A stretch of 64,000 nt of DNA from Callorhinchus milii (taxonomy: Eukaryota), in the NCBI RefSeq assembly GCF_018977255.1, contig NW_024704743.1:109618001-109682000 (forward strand), given 5' to 3'. Positions 24,846 through 36,812 of this stretch are shown here, piece after piece (position 1 is the first letter of the stretch; each line of letters starts with the position of its first letter). A model generated the notes under the pieces. It was not told the origin of the DNA, searched no databases, and worked only from the letters and a program-made list of their open reading frames with translations. Position numbers and translations under genes: made by a program.

Positions 24846-27042
24846 AACAACAACAACAACAACAACAAGATTTCATTTATAGAATGCCTTTCACGTTGGG
24901 AGGACGTTCCAGCGCGCTGGACAGTTGGGTCGGGACCCGAGCAGGGGGGAAATGGTCAGGGTGAGGGAAGGGAAGGGAGGGAGCGAGGAGGGGGTAGAGA
25001 ATTGAGAGGGGAGCTGAAGGCACGGTCAAAGAGAAAGGTCTTGAGACCAGCCTTGAAGGAGGAAAGGGATGAAGCAAGGTGAAGGCACTGGGGGATGGAG
25101 TTCCAGAGCATAGGGCTGAGAGGCTGAAGGCCCGGCCACTGAAGGTAGGGTGGTTGGGGCGGGGGATGTGCAGCAGACCAGAGCCAGAGGAACGGAGGGT
25201 ACGGGCAGGTAAGTAGGGGGATAGTAGGTCAGAGAGGTAGGAGGGAGCGAGGCCGTGAATGGCCTTGTAGGTGAGGATGAGGATCTTGAAATCGATCCTC
25301 TGGGGGATGGGGAGCCAGTGGAGGCGAGCGAGGGTGGGAGTGATGTGGTCGCGAAGCCTGGTGCGGGACAGTACACGAGCTGCAGAGTTCTGAATGACCT
25401 GCAGCTTGTGGAGGGAGGTGCCGGGAAGGCCGGCGAGGAGAGAGTTCCCATAGTCCAGCCTTGAGGTGATAAAGGCATGGACCAGAGTTTCAGCAGCGTG
25501 AGGGGTGAGGTAGTGCCGTAGTCTGGCGATATTCCGGAGGTGATGGAAGGCGGTGCCAGTTGTGGTGCGGATATGAGGAAGAAAGGACAGCTCAGGGTCG
25601 AACAGAACACCGAGGTTCCTGACTGGCTTTGAGAGGTGGAGAGTGCAGCCTTGGATGCTGATGCTGTCAGCGCCTGAGGTGCGGAGGCGCTGACATGAGC
25701 CAATCAGGAGGGCCTCAGTTTTACGCACGTTGAGCTGAAGAAAGTTGTCTCTCGTCCAGGACTCGATGTCGGACAGGCAGGCTGTCAGGACATCGATGGT
25801 CGTGGAGTTGAGGGTAGAGGAGGAAAGGTAGAGTTGGGTGTCATCCGCATACATGTGGAAGTTAACCCCATGTCTGCGGATGATGTCACCAAGGGGGAGC
25901 ATATAGAGGGTGAAGAGGAGGGGACTGAGGACAGAGCCCTGAGGGACACCGCACGAGACAGTGTGGGGGCTGGAGGAAAAGCCGTTTGTTGAAACAAAAT
26001 GAAGACGATGGGAGAGGTAGGACCTAAACCACTCAAGGACAGGGCCTTCAAGCTTGAGGTGGGAGGACAAACGGTGGAGGAGGACAGCTTGGTTGACCGT
26101 ATCGAATGCGGCCGATAGATCGAGGAGGACGAGGAGGCAGAGGGAGCCCTGGTCGCAGATGGTCAAGATGCCATTAGTGACCTTGACCAGGGCAGTTTCT
26201 GTGTTATGGGCAGCACGGAAACCTGACTGAAGGCGTTTGAATAATGAATGGGTGGAGAGTAAAGAGCGCAGCTGGGAGGCGACAACTCTTTCAATGACCT
26301 TGGACAGGAAGGGGAGGTTCGAGATGGATCGATAGCTTGATAGCTGCGACCCATCAAGGGAGGGTTTTTCAAAGTGGGAGTGATGGTGGCAGTTTTTAGG
26401 GGAATGGGAACAGAGCCAGAGGAGAGGGACAGGTTGATGATGTCTGTGAGAAGTGGGGCAAGGAGGTGGAGCTGGGAGATAAGGAGTGGAGTGGGGATGG
26501 GGTCAAGGGAGCAGGTGGTGGGTTTCAGGGACAGGATGTGGTTGGTGACAGAGGGTGGGGAAACGGGTTCGAAGATGTGTAGGGAAGGATGGGTAGGAGT
26601 CGGAGTGTTGGGGGGTGGGTGGAAGTTGGAGGGGGAGTGACAGCGGAGCGGATTCCCTTGATTTTGGATTCAAGGAAATCCAGCAACTCCTCGCAGTGAA
26701 GGTTGGAGGAGATGACCTGCGCGGGGTGGCGGGGGGGATGGAGGAGTTGGGATGTGGTAGAGAACAGAAGGGTTGTTCTTCGCCTCCAGGATTATCCTGG
26801 AGTAGAAGGACGACTTGGCCGAGGCTAGAGTGGAGCGGCAGATTTTGAGGCGATCCAGCCAGATTTGTTCAGCGGCCCACACCTGGCTCTTCAGTGAGCG
26901 GCGGTGGGTGGTGAACCAGGGGGAGGAGCGAGAGTAAGAGACAGTACGGGAGGTGATGGGGGCAAGAGTGTCGAGTGTGGAGGAGAGGGTGTTGTGGAGG
27001 AGGGTGAGAGCAGAAGAGGGGTCAGTGAGGGATGAAGGCCAG
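24846..27042 (-). mobile_element. L2 LINE, 5'-truncated, relatively young
   Basis: (GTT)n tail at about 24846-24868, a long RT ORF and upstream PWFT/KPTTCSLDP segments. CpG-rich. Confidence 0.95.
24877..26166 (-). pseudogene. L2 ORF2 reverse-transcriptase domain (429-aa open stretch)
   Basis: [42 protein letters not shown] and LHWLPI motifs. Confidence 0.9.
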
Positions 27043-27484
27043 AGGGATATGGGTTAAGTAATTGTACAGATCAGTCTTGATCTTATAGAATGGCGGAACA
27101 GGCTCGAGGGGCTGAATTGCCTACTCCTGTTTCTGTTTCTAAGGATATTTTGCGCAAAACAGTGTGTTTTTCACTTACAAATACATTCACTAAACTTTGC
27201 ATCCTGAAATTTTACTGATGTGAAAGGCGCTATATCAAATGCAATGATCATTATTATTAATTATACACAGTCTCTACACTCTACAGTAAATACTGTGAAT
27301 GACTTTGAGACGATGTGATAAGGCGCTAAAACAAATGGAAGGATTATTGTTTATTTACACCAGGGTTAGTGTGAATCCAACTGTCTTAATATTTCACACT
27401 ATGCATTGCAAGTGGAGGGGATAATTAAGGAATTCCATAACTGTTACCCTAACATTCTGAGGAGAACAGCTCACCTCAGTTGAT

Positions 27485-28681
27485 GGAGCTCTTCCGTTTC
27501 CACTTCGTCACAGCAAACGGCTTCTCCTCCAGCCCCCGCACTGTCTCGAGCGGTGTTCCTCAGGGCTCTGTCCTCAGTCCCCTCCTCTTCACCCTCTACA
27601 TGCACCCCCTTGGTGATGTCATCCGCAGACATGGGATAAATTTCCACATCTATGCGGATGACACCCAACTCTACCTCTCTGCCTCCACCCTGAACTCCAG
27701 GACTACTCCAGACAGGGCGAAACCTTGGGCAAGTTTCCTTACTCCACACTCCTAATAATAATCCCTCCAAAAAAATGAAACAATAATAAATTGGTCATTT
27801 TCAATCTAAGACTGTTTGTGGGACATTGCTGTGCGCAATTGGCTGCTGCGTTCACCCACAAATATACAGTCAATTCACTTTACAATGTATTCTGTGAAGC
27901 ACTTTGGGACGTCTAGAAGACGTGAAAAGCGTTATATCAAATGCAAGTCGGACCCTGAACTGTCCTTTCTCCCCCACATCCACCCATGATTGGCACTGTC
28001 TACCACCACCTCTGCAACATTGCCAGACTCCGCCACTGCCTCACCTCTCAGGCTGCCGAAACCCTCACCCATGCATTTGTCACCTCAAAGCTTGATTACG
28101 GGAACTCCCTCCTCATCGGCCTTCCCAACTCTTCCCTTCACAAGTTGCAGATCATCCAAAACTCTGCAGCTCGTGTACTCTCACGCACCATGCTCCGCAA
28201 CCCCATCACTCCCACCCTCGCCCGACTCCACTGGCTCCCCATCCCCCAGAGGATCGAGTTCAAGATCCTCGTCCTCACCTTTAAGACCATCCATGGCCTT
28301 GCCCCTCCTACCTCACTGACCTGCTGACTCCCTACCAACCTGCCCGCTCCCTCCATTCAGCGGGCTCCAGCCTGCTCCATGTCTCCCGCCCGACCCACCC
28401 TACCATCGGTGAGCGGGCTTTCAGCCTCTCTGCCCCCACATGCTGGAACTCCATCCCACGGTCCCTTTGTCTTGCTTCCTCCCTTGCCTCCTTCAAGGCC
28501 GGTCTCAAGACCCTTCTCTTCGACCGTGCTTTTGGTCTCCCTCCCACCTCTCTGCCTTCCCTCACCCCTACACCACCCCTCCCCCATGCTCGGGCCCTGA
28601 CACCTGACTGTTCAGCGCTTTGGGACGTCCTCCCGACGTGAAAGGCGCTCTATAACGGTAATTTTGTTGTTTTGTTGTTGT
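27485..28681 (+). mobile_element. L2 LINE 3' part with a SINE replacing about 190-200 nt
   Basis: [18 protein letters not shown], then DPELSF..LHWLPI and a 3' stem-loop/(TTG)n terminus. Confidence 0.9.
27707..27947 (+). mobile_element. tRNA-SINE (short form), truncated at both ends, within L2
   Basis: CAGGGCGAAACCTTGGGCAAG..ATCAAATGCAAG, with no (TTA)n tail. Confidence 0.9.
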
Positions 28682-29800
28682 TCCCCCTGCATCAGGAGGT
28701 TGTAAATTAAATACATACTGTATTTAGCGTGAAATTTGCGATGAATAAGGCATTTCTTGAGCTAACAACTCCTATGTGCCTAGCCCACAGTCTTCTGTTC
28801 CAGAAGTGAAAATGCTACCATCTCAATATTATTTCTCATGTAACCTTGTGTTGTGTGTAAAAGTTGCACTAGCCTCTGGCACTGAACATTATGAACAGCG
28901 GGGATCCCGGGATCAATCCTATAAAAGGATTCTGCTTGTCACAGTCTGCAGCAGTCATGGTGCAGAACGTTGGCTGTTTGTCACAGTCAGGAGTTGCTAT
29001 TTTTCCAGCATGAATGATAGAGATAGGGATCCTCAGAAGGCCAGTGTGTATGAAAATTCTCAAGCTGGATACAATATTCATATTAAACTTTACAATGACA
29101 GTAGACTTCCAGCGAAATACCTAATGTGTTTCTTTTTGCTAATATCCAAAGGATTTGTAACAGTTGCTTACTGGCTGGTGCTCTTCCAGGTTTACAAATT
29201 AGACTTGGGCTGTGAGACATTTCTTTTTGATTTATAATACCAGATGCCTGCCACTTCCAATAATTCCAGAGTAAATTTCAAACCCTGCTCTCCCTCTGCA
29301 CACCAATGTTTGTTTTTCAGATCACGTTTATCAAGAGCACATTTAATTCTCTATTAGACAAGGGAGGGTTTGCGAGAATCATTGTTTTCACACAGGCGAA
29401 GGACTGCCTACTGTTAAATAGTTGAAGCAGATTCCAGAGTAGCATTTGAAAAGGAAATTGGACACACATCTCATAAGCAAATACTATATATATAAGGTTT
29501 AGGGAAAAAGGGAAGAAATTTGGTCCAATGGTTATAGCTGGTTCAGAGAGGCAACACAAAGTCATTGGGCCAAATAGCCTCCTTCTGTGCTGTAAATTTC
29601 ACTGAAATCTATGATTGATCACTTCATTCACTCATTTGCGAGTTTTATTGCCAAAGTTAAGTTCAAATTAATTTGCCCTCTTACAGTGCAGCAAAGCAAA
29701 CCTCATTCTACAGGTATAGAAATTCACAACACAGAAGAAGGCCATTCAGTCTAGCATGCCCGTGACAGCTCTCTGAGTGAGGTGTCCATTTAGCCATGTG

Positions 29801-29990
29801 GAGCATTGCTTTGATTGACTGCCGGACGAGGTAGCAACATATAGGGCACTGCATTGATCGATAGCAGGACTGGGTGGCACTGTATTGATTGACTGCAGAT
29901 CTGGGTAACATTGTGTAGAGCACTGTGTATTGATTAACAGGATTTCTGAGTGGCACTGTACAGAGCACTGGATTGATTGACAGCAGGACT
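29801..29990 (+). repeat. Degenerate ~43-bp tandem repeat (5 units, a 6th at about 30115-30140)
   Basis: Consensus is roughly GAGCACTGYATTGATTGACWGCAGGACTGGGTRGCACTGTATA. Core spacings are 43, 31, 45 and 43. Confidence 0.85.
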
Positions 29991-30444
29991 AGACGGTGTA
30001 CGAAACATGTGGTCAAACAGTGCTCTCTCTTGGTTCTGAAAATTGGTGTCCCCTAGCACAGCAGTGCTCAGTGGCATCACAGACAGGTTTTGAATCACTT
30101 GGTAGCACTGTTTAGAGCACTGCATTTTTTGACAGCGGGTACTATGAACTTCTAGCTGGTACCATGTGGAGAGCTGAACTGAATGACACAGGATTTTCAA
30201 TGCTGAGATAGCACCGTCAGATTTCCTCAAATGAACATGCAACTAAAATGATGATATAGTGATTGCTACAATGATAGCAGTCAGAGCATGATAAATCCCT
30301 ATAATTTGAGATGTTAAAACTATCGATTCAAATGAAAACAAATTAAGTGATTCTAATCCTTTACAGTAACGATATTTCCAATGGGCATTCTCAACAGAGA
30401 TACAATGTCAACTATTCATGCAGGTGTGATCTATGATAACAATG

Positions 30445-30755
30445 GATTTTACATTTTATATGGCGTCTTTTGTGTCAGGAGGACATATTAAAGTATTTCG
30501 CAGGATTTACTGTAAAGTGTAAACACTGTGTGTTTTGTAGGCAAATACAGAAACTAATCTGCACACAGCAATGCCCCATAAACAGCAATGAATTGAACAA
30601 TCTATTTTTTCTGGGGAATATTGTTGCCCTGGAGGCCGGAGAAATCTCCCTTGTCCTTTCCCTGAAGTACCTCTCAAAGTACCTGCTGCCTTTGCCTACA
30701 AAGAGCACAGTCATTACTCTTTACAGTAAATCCTGTGAAGAGCTTTAGGATGTCC
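30445..30755. mobile_element. Two DeuSINE-like 3' parts in inverted arrangement
   Basis: CAGGATTTACTGTAAAG..TTTGTAGGCAAA (-) followed by TTTGCCTACAAA..CTTTACAGTAAATCCTG (+). Confidence 0.7.
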
Positions 30756-32599
30756 TAGTCTGAGCCTGCAAAAAACATGTAGTCATAAAATTTAAGATCG
30801 TGAAAAATATCTGAACCTGGGTATCAATTTGGAAGCAGGTTATGCGCAGTCCTTGAAATCTAGCTTCCAAATTAAGAGGTGAATTTCAGAATTCTTCCAC
30901 AGTTGGGCACCAGATTTTAAGGCAAAAGCAGTCTTACAGGTTAAGACCAGGTGGTATTTGGGGCCTCGGTTATAATAACAACAACGACTTGCATTGGGTA
31001 GCGTCCTGGAGAACTGACAGTGGCAGTGGAGAACTGACAGTGGCAGTGTCTGACCCCAATGCATGGGAAGAGGGAAGGGAAAGTGACCGCAAGCACAATC
31101 AAAAAGGAGAACCACTGGGATGCATATGTAGCTCCAAGCATGAACGAATGAATGGAATCCAGTTTCAATTGCATCCAGGGAGAACCTTACCAATCCGCAG
31201 ACAATGATGTCCTTGGCATTGTTTTGTTATATGCAAATTTAGTTTTTGATAAGCTTTCATTTAACAGCAATGCCCAAATCAATACAAAGTGCTCTATCTG
31301 GATGATGGGTGCAAAATAGACAACATGAGTAAAGATTACACTTGTTCTATATAATTGCCCATAGCAGAAACAAGCCTGCTCCTTGGAGTGCGGAATAGCC
31401 CTGTTTGATGTGGTTTTGCACGTTAACTGGGGGATAGTCTGGCCTCTTCTGCTGCTCAGGGAAAGTGAGGGATGGCAGAGCGAAGCTGTGATGTATTTTA
31501 ACACTTTTGCCAAACAACCCTGGCTCAGTTGGCAGCATTCTCGCCTCTGAGTCTGAAGGTTGTGGGGTGAAGTCTGTTGAGTCCTGAGAAGGTGGTGATT
31601 GGGGTTTTCTCTTTAAACAACTTGTGGTGATATTGCTCCCACGATGGCATGGAGTCAGGGAGTTCAAGGATTTTGATTCAGCGATAATGATGGAACTACC
31701 ACCTAGTAGTCATTTGGTGTTAAACAGAAACTCTGCAATTAACTACTAATTGTACTAATTGTAATTAAACCTCCCTCTCCTTCCAACCTTCTGCTCGTGC
31801 GCCGACACACATCAATGACTTCCTACTCCTGTTTGAACAAACAAAAGGATGCAGGGAATAGACTCCAGCTTCCAAAACAATCACAGAAAATGTAATATGT
31901 TTTGTGTCATTCCTGAAAATATTGCATGAAAATAATAGATTAAACTTCAGAAGAGCTCTTTCACTTATTTCCCAAACACCAGTTGAACAGCACAAGCTAA
32001 GCGTGTCTTCAATAGGCTAGAGAGCACTCAGTTGTCCCAGTTACTACAAGGTAATTCGCTATTTACAGATAGTGACATCTGAAAACTCGAGAGTTGGAAT
32101 ATATTATCAAAGCTACACCAAGCCTGAGTGAAATTGGATTAAAAATATATCAAATGAAAGAGAATCAGCTTTTGTGAAAGGCCCACTTCAATATTCTCTT
32201 TATGATTGTAACTGTGTGATAAGGTAATGCTATTTACATAGTAAAACACTGTTGTCTCTTGCAGTAAAACAGAAATGTTAGTTAGTGTATATGGAAGAAA
32301 GAACTTGCATTTTATTGTGCCTTATCATGTCACATTTCAAATTGGTTCGCAGTAATTACTGTCAACACTTTTTTTGTGTGGCAAGAGCGATGATTATTTT
32401 GCCCGCAGCAAGGGGTCCCATCAACAGCTCCAATGTAAACAGCCTCTCTTACCTTGTGGATTGTCAGCCAGGCCAACAGGCACAAATCCTTCCTCTTTTT
32501 CAGATCTTTAATGGCCATGGGATCTTAAATGGCCGCCTGAAAAGGGAGATAGGACTTTGTGTTTACAGTCTCATCCAAGGGACAGCACTTCCAAAAGTT

Positions 32600-33090
32600 A
32601 TTTGGTAGCACTCTCTCTCGCCTCTGAGTCAGAAGATTGTAGGTTCAAGTTCCAAGTTGGGAATTTGAGCTCAAGGTGTTCCAACAAAGTGCTGGGGGAA
32701 CTCTCCCAGCGCCTTGGGATGTCCTCCCGACGTGAAAGACGCTATACAAATGTAATTTTGTTCTTGTTGCATTGTCATGATTGAGATGGGGACACAGTAG
32801 TGTCCCACAAACAGTGCCATCCTTTAAACTGAGACATTAAACCAAGATTCTGTCTGTCTGTTCAGGTGGACGTTAATGATCCAACAGCATGATTCAATAA
32901 GAGATGGGACTTTCTCCCAGTGTCCTAGCTAACTATCCTCTAGAATAAAATTGGTCATTCACTTCATGGCTGTTTGTGGGACATTGCTGTATGTAAACTG
33001 GCTGTTGTATTCGACTACGTAGTACACAGTAACTACCATTCACAGTAAATCCTGTAAAGCATTTTGAGATGTCCTCCCAGCATGAAAGAA
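32600..33090 (+). mobile_element. DeuSINE-like SINE carrying an L2 tail micro-insertion (about 32707-32769)
   Basis: Head GGTAGCACTCTC..CTCTGAGTCAGAAG and core TTCAGGTGGACGTTAA. The insert reads CAGCGCCTTGGGATGTCCTCCCGACGTGAAAG..TTGTTG. Confidence 0.75.
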
Positions 33091-33509
33091 TTAAATGTTA
33101 CAAAAGTAATCAAATTATGTAAGCAAATTAAATGTAATCAAGTGTAAGAATTCTCATTATTATTATTAATACTATTCTATTCTCACAGGCTCCTGAGGAT
33201 CACCCAAAGATATTCTTCTCACTTTTAATCAAGTATAACCTTTGCCTATTGATATAGATAGGACATGAGATAACGATTCATTCCCTCCATTTCTGGGTTC
33301 TGCAACTGACAATCTCATAGCTGCCCTGGGCCTGATCCCTTGAACTATTTCCTGGTTAACAGAAGAATGAGATCTCATTGAGATGTGAGGATTGTATTTA
33401 CATTCTTCTCTTGAATTCTCATCCTCTGTCTCGAGGCATCACAGAAATTTGACAACTATTTACCTTGTTTATCCTTCCTTAGCAGAGTCAGTGTTTCTTG
33501 TTCATATGC

Positions 33510-33870
33510 ATTGGAGCGTTTCTCTCTGGAGATAAGATGATTGAGATGGGGACCTGATGGGGGTATTTAAAATGATGAAACGATCTGATAAAGTGGATGT
33601 TAACAGATTGATTCTATTGATTGGCGAGTCCAAAGTCCATGAAGTGGGAGGTATAGGAACATAGGGAACATAGGAATTAGAAGCAGGAGTAGGCCATTGG
33701 GCCCCTCGAGCCTGCGCCCCATTCAATAACATCATGGCTGATCTTCTAACCTCACTCCATCTGCCTGCCTTATCCCCATATCCCTTAATCCTTCTGATCC
33801 CTCTAATCCCTCTATCCTTTATAAACAAATAGCCAGCAGCAGATCTAAAAGAGAATTTAGGAGGAACTTC
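33510..33870. mobile_element. CR1 3' fragment (+) interrupted by a CR1 3' terminus (-, about 33652-33820)
   Basis: FSLE..LRWDLMGVFK-like sequence. GCAGGAGTAGGCCATT..ATCATGGCTGATC is a reversed 3' UTR. Confidence 0.7.
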
Positions 33871-34202
33871 ACAGTATATACTATAAAGTGAATTGACTCT
33901 ATATTTTGTGGACGAAACATGGCAGACAATTGTGCACAGCAGTGTCCCACAATCAGTCTTGGATTGAGTGACTAAATTATTATTGTTTTTTTTCTTGAGG
34001 GATTACTATTATTTTTTGAAGGGTTAATACCCCTGGAAAAGCGAACTGCCAATTGACTAACAACCAGGTTGCCACTTACTGCTTGGTAAACAGAGGTGTG
34101 AGGAGTAAGGAAACTTGCCCAACATTTCGCCCTGCCAGGAATCGAAGCCAGGTCTCTCACTTGCGAGTTGAGGGCTCTAACCACTGAGCTACAGGACTCC
34201 AC
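33871..34202 (-). mobile_element. tRNA-SINE (long form), tail missing
   Basis: CTAACCACTGAGCTACAGGACTCCAC reverse head. Confidence 0.9.
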
Positions 34203-34275
34203 AAGATTTTGTGGGCAAAACTGAATGTGAACTCACTGTTGAGACAGAAAGCATTAATGCATTTAAGAGAAAATT

Positions 34276-35005
34276 CAACAACAACACCAACAACATTATA
34301 TTTGTAAAGTGACTTTCACGTCGGGAGGACGTCTCAATGCGCTGAACAGTCCGGGATCAGGTCCTGATCATGGGGAGCAGGGTTGGGATGAGGGAGGGCA
34401 GAGGGAGTAGGAGGGCGGCTGAAGGCACAGTCAAAAATGAGGGTTTTGAGTCATGCCTTGAAGGAGGCAAGAGAGGGAGCAAGGCGAAGGGATTGTGGGA
34501 TGGAGTTCCAGAGGGTGGGGCAGAGAGGCTGAATGCCTGGCCGCTGATGGTAGGGCAGGTCGGGCGGGTGACCTGGAGCAGGCCGGAGCCTGTTGAGCGG
34601 AGGGAGAGGACAGGTTGATAGGGGGTTAGCAAGTCAGAGATATAAGAGGGGGCAAGGCCGTGAAGAACCTTGAAAGTGAGCACAGAGATTTTGAATTCTA
34701 TCCTCTGAGGGATAGGGAGCCAGTGGAGCCGGGTGAGAGTAGGGGTTACGGAGCCTGGTGCAGAAGAAGACACGAGCTGCAGAATTCTGCATGATCTTGG
34801 CTTGTGAGGGAAGATTTGGGGAGGCCGACAAGGAAGGAGTTTCCATAGTTGAGCCTTGAGGTGACGAATGCGTGTTTGAGGGTTTCAGCGGCCTGAGGGG
34901 TGAGCTAATGGTGCAGTTGGACAATATTGCAGAGGTGGGAGAAGGCAGAGCGGGACTTGGCATGGATATGGGGGAGAAACGAGAGTTGAGGGTCGAACAA
35001 GACGA
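34276..35005 (-). mobile_element. L2 LINE 3' part
   Basis: LHWLPIPQRIEFKI..HGLAPSY. (GTT)n tail. Confidence 0.9.
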
Positions 35006-36573
35006 CCCTTCAATGCATGAATGAGGGAGAGGGCCAAATGGCAATGTATTACTATGTAACTACAATTTTTTCTTGAAGCTGACTGGTAAGCAAAATAAGA
35101 ATGTCCTTATTTTAGGGATTATTTATTAGGGCTTTCAAAATGCCTGTAACTTTGCAAGTAATTGCTTTTGAGTGCAGTGTGTATTTGTGGGCAAAAAAGG
35201 AAGTGCTGCTAATTTACACACATCAAGGTCCCACATGTCATGACAAATTGATCCAGAGGCCAGAACACTGGGGTGGGAGGGGGAATCGCTCTTCTTTCCA
35301 AATAATGTCACAGGTTCTTTATGTCCATCTGATTATAATGATGTTTTTTAATGTTGTATCTATGGCACTTTACACAATACACCACTCGCTCTCACTATTG
35401 CACGGAAACCTCAAGATCACAAAATCCTTTCACAATCTAGGCTGACAGCGCAGTACTGGGGGAGCATTGGATTGTTAGAGGTCACAAGATCACAAGGTTG
35501 ATTCAGATGAAGAAGGCCCTTTGGCCCATCTGATTTCATCTCTCTGAATAGCCACCTTATCATCCTCACATCACAGCATCAAGCTGTTTCTTAAATGAGT
35601 CCAGTGTCCTGGACGTCAACCACCATCCCTGGCAAACTGTTCCACTTGGTAATCATCCAAGAAAACCTTCCTGGGGCCTGTCCTGAAATTGCCCTTCATA
35701 ACTCTAAACCTGTTGTTCTACCATCTTGTTGCATCCAAAAATACCTGGACACTACACCATGAGAAGAACGCAATACAAATGAAAGTTGTTGCTGTTGACT
35801 TTGAGCTCAAAGACCTGAGGTGGGGTTTGAAACCACAACCTTCTTGACCCGGAGGAAGTGAGAGTGCTATTGGCTGAGCCAGGCCAACAACAAGCGATGA
35901 AGATGATTCCACCTCCCCAGGTAAGATCAATATCTAACCTGAGACAGCAATGACATTAAAATTAATGAGCAGTATTTGAATCTCTACTTTGAGAATTTAC
36001 AGTGTTCATCAGGGAGGATTAAATTATTGCCCCAATTGTGCAGAAATAACTACATAGTTAGCAGATTTTGTTTAAATCACAATTAGCATGAACAATGTGC
36101 TTCATTATCTCCCTTTTTGTGGGGCTCATTACAGTAACTTTAGCACGAACCCATTGTTGCAATAATTGCATAACTGTGACAAGTGTGTACGACAAATTAT
36201 GATGGGAATTAGGTACCCAAATGGCTTGGGCTCAGCAATTAATATCTGACATCTCTTCTTTCTTCCAAGTATAAAATTATAAGGAATTGATTTGTGTTAA
36301 CCAGCCCCCTTGCATAAGATGGAAAGGAATTAATATTTGGTGGAACAAAGAGACAAAGCCTTCTTGTTTCCCATCTGTGTGCGCTCTAATCTGACACAAA
36401 CTTGTGGGTAAAGGACCAGTTCTCTACTCCAATAGAAAATAAAAACTAATTTTTAATCTCCTCCCTTTCAATATTATGAGAAATACTACATTCAATAGCC
36501 TGAGGTAAATCACAATGAATTCCAGCAACAGGAGGTACCAGAAACTCAAGACGTGTTTAATTGTCACCCACAA

Positions 36574-36812
36574 TTAAACCGAACCCTAAACATCTGTAGT
36601 CCTAAACTGTGTCCCAACCCTCGTTTTAATAATAATAATCCTTGCATTTGAGCCTTGTTTTAACCCTAGTCCTAAACCTCAGACCAAATCCTAGCCCTAG
36701 TTGTGATACTATTTTTAACCCTAATCTTAACCCTTGTTCTAACCCGGGCTCTAAATCTAGTCCTAACCTTAGTCCTAGCCCCGTAGACCTAACACTTGTT
36801 AACACCCTCAGT
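36574..36812 (+). repeat. Degenerate (CCCTAA)-like hexamer tract containing a short SINE tail
   Basis: TAACCCTAGTCCTAAACC, TAACCCTAATCTTAACCC and TCCTAACCTTAGTCCTAGCCC show a 6-bp period. Confidence 0.7.

Noticed and set aside
25026..25703. Long Ser/Pro-rich or Gly/Arg-rich ORFs overlapping L2 copies
   Set aside because: They are alternative or antisense frames of C-rich L2 sequence.
28776..29237. 153-aa ORF containing a 15-bp direct repeat (CTG(C/T)TTGTCACAGTC)
   Set aside because: It has a non-ATG start and no recognisable homology.
29801..29990. Repeat-spacer appearance suggesting CRISPR
   Set aside because: The context is vertebrate, the repeats are degenerate, the intervening sequences are related to each other, and there are no cas genes.
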